From positions 96,001 to 160,000 of IMG/VR virus record IMGVR_UViG_3300037295_000263: a DNA stretch of 64,000 nucleotides. One strand, 5' to 3'. The translations under genes and the position numbers were made by a program. The notes under the pieces are model-generated. The model worked only from the letters and a program-made list of their open reading frames with translations. It was not told the origin of the DNA and made no database searches. Shown here in pieces: positions 25,787 through 36,419 of the stretch. The stretch is from a virus. Lineage: Duplodnaviria; Caudoviricetes. Numbering within the stretch: the stretch's first letter is position 1; each line of letters begins with the position of its first letter.

Positions 25787-28545
25787 GGTAATTTTTCTCC
25801 ACGTTGCGGAAACGCAAGGTATTTATCTTCGATAGTTCCGTCTATTATGTCAATAATATATCTGTCAGCAGTAAAATTAATAGTTTTAAAATCAAATCCT
25901 GACAATTTAATTCTTGAAATAACAGATTCTGCAAATCCTACTTTAGTATAACATAATACTAATGCTTTGACGTACCCCGATTCTACCGGACTATTTGGTT
26001 GTATACTGCGCATCCATGCAGGTAAAAATTCTCTGTCTCTGATTCCAGCTTCTTTAATTCTTGATCTCATATTTTTAAAACTGTTAGGAAAGATTCGTTG
26101 GTGATCGCTATCGCTTACAAATGGAATATCACTATCGACTTTTATCGAATCGTAGCTGGTTAATACTTTGCTGTTTATATTATCGGGTAAGTTAACAGTC
26201 TTACTAATGCTTTTTCCATTTTTTTCGTACTCGTCAACTATCTCTACATATACTACTTCATATAATACTTCCTGAGTAACAAGGTCTCTGCCTATCGCCG
26301 ACGACACATTACCGAATTTAAGTTGTTTTTGGTAATGATTTTTTGCCATTGCTTGAATGTATTTTTCAGCTTTGATACTTTCTATACCAGCATAAACCAG
26401 TACTCGTAAAGTAGTTTGTACTCCAAAGTTAGGATCGCCGACTCTGTAAATTTCCGAAGGGTTAAAAATATTAACATCGGTAATAAAACTAGTCCACTGT
26501 AGTCTTTTAGATTTTTCTTGGAATGCTTTTATATACAAATTTGCAAATGTCGTGGAATCAGTTGCATTAATAGAAATAACAAAATCTTTAATGCTTTCTG
26601 CAAAATTTGCTGTATCTTTAGCTTTAATTTTAAAATTAAAATCTCTGTCAAACGTAGTATTATCGAGACTAAAAGTAGTGTTGAACTCTCGTACACCATC
26701 AACAACCTCGAAGAACCTAGTTAATCCTTTGCCGGATGCATCAGCAAATTGTTTAACTTTTCCTTGTATGCTTCCCGAAGCAGATACTGATAGTCCAGGA
26801 GGAAGAACGCCGTCTGATAATTCATAAACTATTTTAGAATTTCCAGCAAGTCCTATTGCCTTGACTTCTAGTGTGCTAGGCTGATTAGTTTTAATTGTTC
26901 CTAAATGTCGAGAGCTTACCCAAGTAATGCTATTTTCAATTTCTCCAACAATACTTACAGTAAATGTTTTCTCAGAACTAGAAACACCAATTTCCCAAAA
27001 TTCTAAATTAGTTGGGTAAATATTTTTGTTAGTCCGACGACAGATATAGATAAATCCTTGAAATCTAACTGTTTGATTTTCTGTATAAAAAATACCAGGA
27101 TTCCAATCTCCGACAAAATCGTAATTTTGAGCAGACAACTCTGCTGGAAAATTAACAGCCTGCATAGTGAATTTATATCCTATAGCAGTTGGTCGTTGAT
27201 ACGGTACTCGGCCTGCAATTTCTCCAGTGGATCTATCTAACTCCATGCCCGGGGGAAGTTCACTAATACTTTCAGGAACAATAGTTTCCCATAATGTACG
27301 ATTAGTAATTTGAAAAGTCTGATCGATAGTTGATAAATTATTTTTTGTCCAATAGAATCCTTCTTGAGGTTCGATATTTTCGATATTTTCGATATTGTTT
27401 TTTGATAAACGTACCCAAGTCTGATTAATTACTGCAGGATCCGTATCACTTTGAAAAATAACTGCATCGCCTGCATTGTATGTCAGAAAAGGGCTCCATG
27501 GTCCTTTTAAAGAATATTTAAAATAAGGAATTATATTGCTTAATTCAAAATTACCGTCGACTGTTTGTCCTGTTTCTATAATTTTATATTTTCCAGGATT
27601 TTTTTCAATTAAAAAATAAGTAATAGAACCAGGCAGCGAGGGCGGATTATAAACATCAAGATATATAGTTACGTAGTTGTTAGCACGATACCGACCTAGA
27701 TCAGATTCAGTAATCCATATAGGAGCCCGGTTTGAATTGTTATCAGCTCTAAATAGGTTGGTATCTACTTGAACAATAGTGTTGTCCGATTTTAGAAATT
27801 CTTCGGTGACTACCCACATCTTAAATACTTGCCTAACTTCGTGTAGTCCGTCGGACGCCGCAATTACAAAGCTGTAGGACCTGCTAATTCTTTTTGGAGT
27901 AATAGACTCGTCGGAGTAATCAAAAGTAAATGTATCGTATAAAAATGTATCAAAACCATTCGAAGTAGATCGATATACATCCAACGGGGAAATATCATAC
28001 CCAACAGTGTCGAACGCTCCTGTTTGATTGTCATAATCTACTGCAAATATTGGATCAGTAAATCCGGAAATTACGCCGTCGCGACTAAGAGCCAGCCCAG
28101 GCGGGAGTTGTCCACCTGATAATACTTGATAAAATTCTAACTTGTCTCCGGCTATTATATCTCTGTCGTCTGCAACTAGTTTATAATTAACATACGCATT
28201 ATCGAGTACAAAGTAATTGTTGCCTTGACCTACGTTAAGATATCCTTCTTTAGTAACCCATTCTGGTACATCAGAACCATTGACTACTAGATTAAATGTT
28301 ATATCTTTTATTGAGTCTCCATCCGATGCCCTAACAACAAATCGGCTAACAGTGGACCGTTGCACTTCACCGGGGCTGCCTTTAATAACTCCGTTATCTA
28401 ATCGTAATCCAGTTGGTAGTTTCCCTGCTATTATACGATAGGACACAGGACCTATTGATGAAATTGCTACAATAGGAATTTGAATAATTGCTCTTTCTTC
28501 TAACGTTCCTAGATTACCAGCGGGTGTGCTCCATGCTATTGCCAT
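25783..28545 (-). CDS. Putative baseplate wedge protein with Ig-like repeats
   Basis: Repeated GxLPxGLxL...GxIxG Ig-like (He_PIG-type) modules; 920 aa. Confidence 0.65.
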   Translation of the reverse strand: MAIAWSTPAGNLGTLEERAIIQIPIVAISSIGPVSYRIIAGKLPTGLRLDNGVIKGSPGEVQRSTVSRFVVRASDGDSIKDITFNLVVNGSDVPEWVTKEGYLNVGQGNNYFVLDNAYVNYKLVADDRDIIAGDKLEFYQVLSGGQLPPGLALSRDGVISGFTDPIFAVDYDNQTGAFDTVGYDISPLDVYRSTSNGFDTFLYDTFTFDYSDESITPKRISRSYSFVIAASDGLHEVRQVFKMWVVTEEFLKSDNTIVQVDTNLFRADNNSNRAPIWITESDLGRYRANNYVTIYLDVYNPPSLPGSITYFLIEKNPGKYKIIETGQTVDGNFELSNIIPYFKYSLKGPWSPFLTYNAGDAVIFQSDTDPAVINQTWVRLSKNNIENIENIEPQEGFYWTKNNLSTIDQTFQITNRTLWETIVPESISELPPGMELDRSTGEIAGRVPYQRPTAIGYKFTMQAVNFPAELSAQNYDFVGDWNPGIFYTENQTVRFQGFIYICRRTNKNIYPTNLEFWEIGVSSSEKTFTVSIVGEIENSITWVSSRHLGTIKTNQPSTLEVKAIGLAGNSKIVYELSDGVLPPGLSVSASGSIQGKVKQFADASGKGLTRFFEVVDGVREFNTTFSLDNTTFDRDFNFKIKAKDTANFAESIKDFVISINATDSTTFANLYIKAFQEKSKRLQWTSFITDVNIFNPSEIYRVGDPNFGVQTTLRVLVYAGIESIKAEKYIQAMAKNHYQKQLKFGNVSSAIGRDLVTQEVLYEVVYVEIVDEYEKNGKSISKTVNLPDNINSKVLTSYDSIKVDSDIPFVSDSDHQRIFPNSFKNMRSRIKEAGIRDREFLPAWMRSIQPNSPVESGYVKALVLCYTKVGFAESVISRIKLSGFDFKTINFTADRYIIDIIDGTIEDKYLAFPQRGEKLP

Positions 28546-28554
28546 TGAGAGTCC

Positions 28555-29076
28555 TTAAATCCCGCCAAGATCGAGACTTAAATCGGCAGGGTTGAGTATT
28601 GTTCCAAAATCTATCGGATTAACTGCTACCAGTAATTCTAATATGTTGGAGTAAGAATCGCCTATTTGTCCAAAGTCAAATGAAGTTAGCACTTGACTGA
28701 TAGATGACTTAGTGTCGATAGTAATATTGGCACCGTTTGAAACAACACTGATATTTTCTCCGCCTTTAACCGAGATGCTAGGATGATTTGAAGATTGTAC
28801 AACAGTGTTGTCTGTTTCTAGAGTAGTAAATGCATTAACAGTTATAGAAGTACTGGACGAAGTGATTCCAGCTCCTCTTAAAGTTTTAAATTGTAATTCA
28901 GCACCGACTTTCTGAGCAAAAATTCCTATTTCAGAATTATTTAAATTTCTTGCAGTGGTTATTAAATTGTTTCCTAGTTCTGTAAAGTTGTCATTTACTT
29001 TAACAAACGCTTCACGCAGGTTATCGCCTAAGCCGTCATTTACTGCATTGCCGATATTAATTTTCTGTATTGTCAT
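28555..29076 (-). CDS. Baseplate protein with T4 gp9/gp10-like N-terminus
   Basis: INIGNAVNDGLGDNLREAFVKVNDNF. Confidence 0.65.
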   Translation of the reverse strand: MTIQKINIGNAVNDGLGDNLREAFVKVNDNFTELGNNLITTARNLNNSEIGIFAQKVGAELQFKTLRGAGITSSSTSITVNAFTTLETDNTVVQSSNHPSISVKGGENISVVSNGANITIDTKSSISQVLTSFDFGQIGDSYSNILELLVAVNPIDFGTILNPADLSLDLGGI

Positions 29077-29094
29077 TGAATGCTCTCTATAGTA

Positions 29095-29102
29095 TATTTA
29101 CC
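29095..29102 (-). promoter_or_regulatory. Late promoter motif GGTAAATA
   Basis: Intergenic, upstream of 29076. Confidence 0.5.
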
Positions 29103-29112
29103 GCTAGTATTT

Positions 29113-32100
29113 TTAAGTCCTACCCACCGCAACTTCAATAGTGCCAATGTGATCTGACTGATAATTTTCCAACGCTTTGCCAATGATTGTTCCTGCTTTT
29201 GCGTTGCCTTTTGCCGAGATTGCAACTCCTGCAATGTTACTAGTAATCATTAAGTCGCCTTTTGACACAGTACCGACTACCTTGCAAGGTACTCGACCTT
29301 GTAGTGCTATCAAAGATTTAATACCAGGACACTCTGTATTCATAATGTACGCAGCATTATTGCTTACTACTCCAGCAACTTTATAATCTTCTGTAGTTTT
29401 AGACATAGTTACTTCGAACTCGCCACCGAATATAAGTACAGTTCCAGCTGGGTATGCTTTGTCACTTTGATAATATTCAGCTAAGTCGGCGTATGTAGCC
29501 TGTAACCTACTTCCAAACGACAAAGCCCATTCGCCGGTTATGACTCCAGCAGTGCTTGCTGCACCAGTTGATAATGTCTTAGATATTAACGTGCCTGTAG
29601 ATACATTGATAGATCCGGTTCCTACTGTAAGGTTACTTGTAGTTTCCATTGACCAGTTACCAGTCAATGTTCCTGCAGTAGCAACCGCTCCGGTAGTGAT
29701 ATTCGAAGCTATCAAAGTTCCAACTGACACGGAACCGTCTTGGGTTCCTAATCTATTTTTAAATAGATGTGAATCGTTGTAATAAAAAGATTTACGATCA
29801 GCTACAGTGTCACCGTCACCGATCAAGATACCTGCTTGATTTAAAAATCCATATACTTGAGTATATCCTCCCGAAGGTGTGGCAGATTTATTAACTGTTG
29901 GTGAACTGCCGATAATTAACTCCGATGCAGTTATTATTCTTGCAGAAAAATCTCCATTGATATTTCTTCTAACTAGTGTATTTGGATCTTCAGCTGATGA
30001 ATCATTAACTATGCTGTAGTCGCTATCGTTAATCGACGATGACGTTGACACACGTTTTAAATAACCAACTCCATTACTGTACTGGGACTTTTTAATTCCC
30101 AGCCCTTGATTTATTACTGTTGCAAATGTGACAGCAGTGACATTGGCAGTTTCGATAGTAGAATTTCCTAACACAGTACCTTGCGGAATTGTTTGCAATT
30201 TACTTAAGGTTAAGCCATTATCTTTAACGCTGATCCAACCTGAAGTTGAATTAAATTGTGCAGAATCTACAGATGCAAGTCCAAGGTCGGCTTGCGCAAT
30301 ATCAGTAGCATTTGCTCTAGTAGACGTGCTGTTCATGGACAACTTACTTTGTAATATAGCAGCAGAATTATTAATATTGCTGTTAACTATTGCACCATCG
30401 TTAATTTGAACATCGATAGTATTCGGTGAAGCACTCAAATTAAAAGAAACATCGCCTATGACTGATACGTTAACTGCAGACTTACCAGTGCCAGTAAATG
30501 CTAACAAGTCTGCAGAATCTGGAGTAGTTATTGTTGTATTTTGAAAATTGTCAAAAGTTAAACTTTGAAGATTTACAGCATCCTTAGGCTGTGACGGATT
30601 CGCCAACTCGATAATTTTCTTATCGCCCAAGTTCATATTGCTTTTCATCGCCAGTAAACCGTTAAGCGGCATATATCCGCCATCGTTTAATGGAATTAAA
30701 TCAGTTCCGTCCACTATTGCACCGTTGTGTGTAATACCCAATCGGCGCTCTATATATGTTCGAGTTGCCAGTTCTGTAGGCACGCTATCGACAGCATTAT
30801 CTGAAAACCCAGTGTCAATTGAAAATTCCGAAACCGGAACACCCCGTTTAAACCCAATACCGTCGAGCTTGCTTAGAGTTACAGTAGAACTAAGAGTAAC
30901 TTTGCCTGTTCCTTGGTCTACTCTGAAATACGGACCTACACTAAAATTTCCAAATTGATCAGTGGTTGCATAAAAAACACGTCCTACTGATCGTTCTTTG
31001 ACTTCATTTGCTGCGTTAAATGTATTTACAGGTGATCCGTATATCTCATTAGGAAAGTTGGTGTCTGCATAACTACCAGTTCCTATTTCCAACAAATCGT
31101 GGCTTGTAACTCTTGTTAAAGAAATCCGAATAGTTAAGGTTCCGGCTTGATTTTTCGAAAGCGCACTTTTTAAAGTAGGCGGAGTAGTGTAATTAATAAC
31201 GCTATCTTCCAGCGGCCTATTTAATGTTATTAGTCCGTAAGGCTTGCCAGTTTGTGCAGTAGATTGGTAACCGATAACAGAGTATTCTTCTCCAATCCAT
31301 ACTAGTTTAGAACCAACGAGTATAGACAAACTGTCACTACTAGATATTGTACTAACTGCATAAGTACTATCGCCGACTATTCCCAGAAGTCGTTCTGTGT
31401 AATGGATTCCTGATTGCGTTCCTGATGTTTCAATTGCCCCTCCAGTTGGAGTATCGGATAATACAAATGTATCGGGATCTACAACATTTTGCACCCAGAA
31501 CTGTCGAGATTCGATAATTCCAGTAGGCAATACGCCTTCGGTTTCAAATCGAATTACATCACCTGCTGAAAATCCGTGAGATGCTAATGTTACTACTCCT
31601 GGATTACCGATACTAATAGTACATGCTTTTCTAGTAGCTCGAAAAGGTTGCAGAGGGAATGTTGTAATTTCTACATAGTTGTAATTTTCTCGCAAGATTG
31701 CTACAGCTAGCCCTTCTACGGTGTACTTGTGTATACCGCTTTGAGTTCCCGATGTTTGAATCGGAGTTCCTTGTTTTTCTGCTGAAATCCTAAAACTGTT
31801 TTGGCTGAAACCTGCAGTTAACACGTAATATACTGTGTCTGCTACTATTCCGGCAGGAAGTACTCCAGAAGTTGAAAATTTTATTTGATAGTTAGGCAAC
31901 AGCTCATGCGCTGTATTTGATATAATTGCCGGATTACCGATACTAATAGTAGCTGTTTTAGCACCAGTCGAATCAGTATATGAGTCAAATTGTAAAATTC
32001 GATATACTTCTTCAGTATCTTCAAATACTAATCCAGTACTAGGTCGCGTGGCAACATTTACTACATTGCCTGTAAGCACGATAGATTCTAGCTGCCGAAT

Positions 32101-35100
32101 GGTCATTTTAGTATTATTAGGAACAGAGGCAACTAGTCCAGATGAGCCAAAACCTGAATTAGCATCCAATGACAATCTTGCAACCCCAACAGGCAATGCG
32201 TCTGTTGATACTGCAGAAATTCCATATCTGAAAATTCCCAACGGGCCGTGATCAATTTCTATTTCACTATTGTTTAACGGAACGTACTTGTAATTTGAAA
32301 CATAAATTACAACACCCTCGACAGTATTGGCAAAGCTCGGCGACGGAAAGTAGCAAGTAACTCCTTGCGAAAAATCAAAATAGTTGGTTACTGGTGTAGG
32401 AACTTCTAACGGGTCAGCGCCTTCGGCAACTAACGCATATACGCCATGCGCACTAGAGCTTGAAATACTTCTAATCTGTGCGCCATTTAACGAATACATC
32501 GAAGTATAACAATAGTATGTAAACACACTCACAGCTTCGCATAAGCCGCTGTTGGTGGCTAAAATACCGTAACCCATGTCGTTAATTTGAGTAAAGTCGT
32601 TTGCCAGCATACTTCTGTTACCTGGCATCAATACTTCGTGAATTCTAGAATCGGGAGGAAACGGCCACGGTGTAGTTTCATCTAACACAAACGATGCAGT
32701 AGAACCTTCAGTGTTAAATGAAAAATCTCTAACATAATTAATACGGTACCTGATATCGTTAACGATGAAACTTGCTGGCAACTGAGGAAAACGGGTCAAC
32801 CCTGATACTCTTAAAAAAGTGTCGGAGTCTTTGCTTGTAATTTGGAATTGTAAATTACCTGAAAAACCGTCAATAAACATTCCACCTGCAAATGTTTGTT
32901 TGTTGATACTTCGCGAAAAACTAGAACATTCCTGTGCATACGGCGACTTTGATAATATTTGACCAGTTGGGTCCAACACCATTGCAAATCCGCCTTGTCC
33001 TTGCATTCCCATTGCTTGAAATCTAACAGCATCGTTACACATAAACATATCTAAACTGTCGTTAGACTTAGGCATATTCACGACATTTATATCTTGTATA
33101 ATATCCAGAGATGCATCAAGAAGTGCTGTTGATACGCCTCCTAAATTGTTTGCTAACCCGCCACTAACATAACTGCTAAATCCTAAACCGTTGACTGCTT
33201 GCAACAAACCTGGATCGGAGTATAATTCAAAAGTTGTTTGATCTACAACAGAAACATAAAAATTTCCATTTATTTCTGCCATGCCAGTTACATTTGCAAT
33301 ATTAATTTTCTCTCCACGTAAAAATCCGTGGTTACTTGCGGTTGTAATTACAACAGGGTTCGATGAAGTAGCATTAATAACTGTAGCAGTATTGTCGACG
33401 CTGCTGCTTTCTGCAGTATATGAAGGATCGATAATTTGTATAGCAGCCAATTGATAAGTTACATCGATTGGCTGATTTTTAATTACAGATGTTATTAAAC
33501 TCTTTAGATGAGTTAATGTAGCAACAAATTCTGCAAGACTTGTTTCGATATCAAATAATTCAGCATTATGAAATTTCAACGCAGTAGAAATGGTCCTGTC
33601 TGACTCTCCCCACTTTAAATCGTATATCATCGAATCGACAATGAATGCAATACTCTTTTCTAAAGATACTTGATTAAATGTAAAAACAGAAGTGAACGGG
33701 CTAACGCTATTGCTAATTTGATAGTTAACCCATGCTATTATTTCTCTTTTTAGAAAATCTCTGTTTACGCTTAATAATTGTGCAGCCGAATTAAAAAAAC
33801 CTTTGTTGTTTATAGGTGAATAAATCGGAAAAGATACGTCGGAAAGATAATGATAACCGAATGGCTGAGATGCAATTGTTAAATTATCAATTAACGGATC
33901 TCTTCTAAAATTAATAAAAGCCCATGGGCTAGTGCTATCCCCAGCTTTTGGTCTTATCAACACACGCCGGAATTCGTCGCCGACGATAGAGACATTTGCA
34001 GGAACTCGTAACGGTAAGTTTTCTTCGTATATACCGCTTTCTACAAGTATAGTGATTTGTTTAGTATTAGCAATGTCGCCGTAAGCGATTGTTTCTCCTA
34101 ATTCGAAAGATCCATATTTAATATCCATGTCAAACAATTCATTGCCATCACCGTCGAGAACTCCGTTGTGAGACAGTATTTGAGCAAGAGCGTTAGAATT
34201 GTTTCCTTTTAAGTATAAACCTTCTCTAATATCTCGAGTTCTACTAGCTGCAATTGTAGGATTTACTACATCTCCGGTAAAATCAGTTCGCAAGCCGTTT
34301 GTAAAAATAGCAAACCTTGGCAGATTTACCAGTACGTTAGGTAATGAACTAAAATTACTGCCAGCATCAGTTATTGTTATACCTTGAATAGCAGTGTTTA
34401 ATACTTCAGCAGTACCAAACGCGCCAGTCCCGCCACCGCCGATAATTCTAACAGATACTAGTCCGTATCCGGTTCCTTGAGAAATAATATTTACTTTACT
34501 AACTTTATACGTAAGATCAAACGTTGCACTATTTCCTGGAGGGAGTTCAATAGTAGGTACTCCAATATTTCCTGGCAATAAGCTATAAGAGCCGCCAGTA
34601 ATCAATTTTGCTGAAATAATTGCACCCGGTGACCCTAGTGTAGATAATACTTCAAATTTAGCAGGCTCCGAAAAGTCCCCACCCGAGACAGTTATAATAT
34701 CTCCTTGAGTGTAATTAAAACCTCTGGAGTTAATTTTAAAAGAATCGATGGTCATTAACACTTGACCAGTAAATCCTACGCCGGAATTTGGAACAGCTTC
34801 GATAGAACTTAAAGTACACTCATTAGCACCGTTATCGTAAGTTAATGTCTTTGCATAAGGCCCTAATTCGAGCCTTGAAGATAACATGTCATCTTCCGCA
34901 CGTTTTAGTGCATATTCAAGCGAACTATACGCATACGCGAGTGCCCTGCCTTGAACTTCATCGCTGACCCCAGGGCGATAATCTGCTCCAGACTTAGCAA
35001 CGTATAAGTTAATGCTGCTGCCAAACGCTGCATTATCTACATAGCGTTTTGTAGCAGCTATTAATCCAGAGTATGCTTCGTCATCACTAAGTTGCGGATC

Positions 35101-35676
35101 TCTTGATAATATTAGCGGTCCTGACATAATTCCAAATTGTGAATTTTTTAAACCAGTGCCAGGGTCTATTGCATCGATTCCGCTTAGAGATACTTTGGAA
35201 TCTGCGTAAGCTTTGTTGACCGCTTCGTGTTTAAATAGCGGCTGTAATGGAGTTTCTGTGGTTCCGAGATTTATAATACGGCGTTGTATTACTCCGCTGA
35301 TTGCGCTTAGGTCTCCGCCTAATGTCGGGTTAGGATCTGTTTCTATAATGTTGAAAGTAGAAGTAACCTTAATTTCATCAGGATTTGAAACATAATCAAA
35401 ATTAACCCCCAACCCGGCAGTTAGTTTTTTAAACATTATTCCGTTTTGTTCGTTATTTACTGTAACAATAGGAGTAGCGTTCAGTGAAGTTACTAACCCG
35501 TCATAACTAACTAGGTCAGGAGTGTCGCTCAACCCTAAAAATGTTAAGCGTTCTCCTAACCCTAGTGAACTGTATAGCTCTCGAAAGTTGTCATTAACTT
35601 TCCTAAACGAGTCGCGTATGCTATCGCCCGTGCCGTCGTTTCCTACAGCTCCAATATCGATGATTTTTCTTGCCAT
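29113..35676 (-). CDS. Large tail fibre/baseplate-associated protein (2187 aa)
   Basis: gp9/gp10-like N-terminus (IDIGAVGNDGTGDSIRDSFRKVNDNF); internal repeated beta modules; C-terminal chaperone-like ADLAEYY...ALQGRVPCKVVG domain. Confidence 0.8.
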   Translation of the reverse strand: MARKIIDIGAVGNDGTGDSIRDSFRKVNDNFRELYSSLGLGERLTFLGLSDTPDLVSYDGLVTSLNATPIVTVNNEQNGIMFKKLTAGLGVNFDYVSNPDEIKVTSTFNIIETDPNPTLGGDLSAISGVIQRRIINLGTTETPLQPLFKHEAVNKAYADSKVSLSGIDAIDPGTGLKNSQFGIMSGPLILSRDPQLSDDEAYSGLIAATKRYVDNAAFGSSINLYVAKSGADYRPGVSDEVQGRALAYAYSSLEYALKRAEDDMLSSRLELGPYAKTLTYDNGANECTLSSIEAVPNSGVGFTGQVLMTIDSFKINSRGFNYTQGDIITVSGGDFSEPAKFEVLSTLGSPGAIISAKLITGGSYSLLPGNIGVPTIELPPGNSATFDLTYKVSKVNIISQGTGYGLVSVRIIGGGGTGAFGTAEVLNTAIQGITITDAGSNFSSLPNVLVNLPRFAIFTNGLRTDFTGDVVNPTIAASRTRDIREGLYLKGNNSNALAQILSHNGVLDGDGNELFDMDIKYGSFELGETIAYGDIANTKQITILVESGIYEENLPLRVPANVSIVGDEFRRVLIRPKAGDSTSPWAFINFRRDPLIDNLTIASQPFGYHYLSDVSFPIYSPINNKGFFNSAAQLLSVNRDFLKREIIAWVNYQISNSVSPFTSVFTFNQVSLEKSIAFIVDSMIYDLKWGESDRTISTALKFHNAELFDIETSLAEFVATLTHLKSLITSVIKNQPIDVTYQLAAIQIIDPSYTAESSSVDNTATVINATSSNPVVITTASNHGFLRGEKINIANVTGMAEINGNFYVSVVDQTTFELYSDPGLLQAVNGLGFSSYVSGGLANNLGGVSTALLDASLDIIQDINVVNMPKSNDSLDMFMCNDAVRFQAMGMQGQGGFAMVLDPTGQILSKSPYAQECSSFSRSINKQTFAGGMFIDGFSGNLQFQITSKDSDTFLRVSGLTRFPQLPASFIVNDIRYRINYVRDFSFNTEGSTASFVLDETTPWPFPPDSRIHEVLMPGNRSMLANDFTQINDMGYGILATNSGLCEAVSVFTYYCYTSMYSLNGAQIRSISSSSAHGVYALVAEGADPLEVPTPVTNYFDFSQGVTCYFPSPSFANTVEGVVIYVSNYKYVPLNNSEIEIDHGPLGIFRYGISAVSTDALPVGVARLSLDANSGFGSSGLVASVPNNTKMTIRQLESIVLTGNVVNVATRPSTGLVFEDTEEVYRILQFDSYTDSTGAKTATISIGNPAIISNTAHELLPNYQIKFSTSGVLPAGIVADTVYYVLTAGFSQNSFRISAEKQGTPIQTSGTQSGIHKYTVEGLAVAILRENYNYVEITTFPLQPFRATRKACTISIGNPGVVTLASHGFSAGDVIRFETEGVLPTGIIESRQFWVQNVVDPDTFVLSDTPTGGAIETSGTQSGIHYTERLLGIVGDSTYAVSTISSSDSLSILVGSKLVWIGEEYSVIGYQSTAQTGKPYGLITLNRPLEDSVINYTTPPTLKSALSKNQAGTLTIRISLTRVTSHDLLEIGTGSYADTNFPNEIYGSPVNTFNAANEVKERSVGRVFYATTDQFGNFSVGPYFRVDQGTGKVTLSSTVTLSKLDGIGFKRGVPVSEFSIDTGFSDNAVDSVPTELATRTYIERRLGITHNGAIVDGTDLIPLNDGGYMPLNGLLAMKSNMNLGDKKIIELANPSQPKDAVNLQSLTFDNFQNTTITTPDSADLLAFTGTGKSAVNVSVIGDVSFNLSASPNTIDVQINDGAIVNSNINNSAAILQSKLSMNSTSTRANATDIAQADLGLASVDSAQFNSTSGWISVKDNGLTLSKLQTIPQGTVLGNSTIETANVTAVTFATVINQGLGIKKSQYSNGVGYLKRVSTSSSINDSDYSIVNDSSAEDPNTLVRRNINGDFSARIITASELIIGSSPTVNKSATPSGGYTQVYGFLNQAGILIGDGDTVADRKSFYYNDSHLFKNRLGTQDGSVSVGTLIASNITTGAVATAGTLTGNWSMETTSNLTVGTGSINVSTGTLISKTLSTGAASTAGVITGEWALSFGSRLQATYADLAEYYQSDKAYPAGTVLIFGGEFEVTMSKTTEDYKVAGVVSNNAAYIMNTECPGIKSLIALQGRVPCKVVGTVSKGDLMITSNIAGVAISAKGNAKAGTIIGKALENYQSDHIGTIEVAVGRT

Positions 35677-35705
35677 GATTTACCCTAATAAACAGTGTTG
35701 ACAAG

Positions 35706-35713
35706 TATTTATC
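35706..35713 (-). promoter_or_regulatory. Late promoter motif GATAAATA
   Basis: Overlaps the iscA stop, upstream of the fibre gene. Confidence 0.55.
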
Positions 35714-36039
35714 TATACTGTAAAGCTTTCCCCGCACCCGCAACGAGCTTTTTCTTTGGAGTTTATGAATTCAAACCCTTCGTTAAGACCTTTCTTTTGC
35801 CAGTCTATTGTGATGCCATCTATATAGATAATGCTCTTACCATCTACCCAAATTTTAAAACCTGGCTGTTCGAACACCTGTTGATCCCTAGTCATAGGAG
35901 CACAGTCTACATATTCTAGTACATAAGCAAGACCCGAGCATCCTGTGGTTTTAACACCAATACGGATACCTAATCCTCTACCTCTTTTAGACAGCATGCG
36001 ATTAACTTTTTCTACAGCTAGATCAGTTAGTGTAATCAT
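35713..36039 (-). CDS. iscA: Fe-S assembly protein IscA
   Basis: GVKTTGCSGLAYVLEY and CGCGESF. Confidence 0.95.
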   Translation of the reverse strand: MITLTDLAVEKVNRMLSKRGRGLGIRIGVKTTGCSGLAYVLEYVDCAPMTRDQQVFEQPGFKIWVDGKSIIYIDGITIDWQKKGLNEGFEFINSKEKARCGCGESFTV

Positions 36040-36419
36040 TAATGTTTCTTTTTGTAATCTTCAACTGCTGCCTTAATGGCCTCTTCGGCCAAAATGCTGC
36101 AATGTATCTTAACTGGTGGTAAGGCCAGTTCTTGAGCAATGTGAGTATTTTTAATCTCTAGTGCTTCATCAAGATTCTTACCCTTGACCCATTCTGTTAC
36201 CAAGCTACTGGAAGCAATAGCTGAGCCACATCCATACGTTTTGAACTTGGCATCTGTTATGATACCTGTGACGGCGTCTACCTGTATCTGCAGCTTTAAA
36301 ACGTCGCCGCAGCTAGGTGCTCCTACTAAACCCGTTCCAACACTGTCATCGTTAACATCCAACTTTCCTACGTTGCGTGGATTTTCGTAGTGATCAAGTA
36401 CCTGGGGTGAATAAGCCAT
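36039..36419 (-). CDS. iscU: Fe-S scaffold IscU
   Basis: DHYENPRNVG, GAPSCGDV, GCGSAIASSS and LPPVKIHCSILAE. Confidence 0.97.
   Translation of the reverse strand: MAYSPQVLDHYENPRNVGKLDVNDDSVGTGLVGAPSCGDVLKLQIQVDAVTGIITDAKFKTYGCGSAIASSSLVTEWVKGKNLDEALEIKNTHIAQELALPPVKIHCSILAEEAIKAAVEDYKKKH

Noticed and set aside
27369-27398. 9-nt tandem repeat (ttcgatatt x3)
   Set aside because: An in-frame NIE x3 microduplication in a linker of the baseplate protein; no sign of phase variation.
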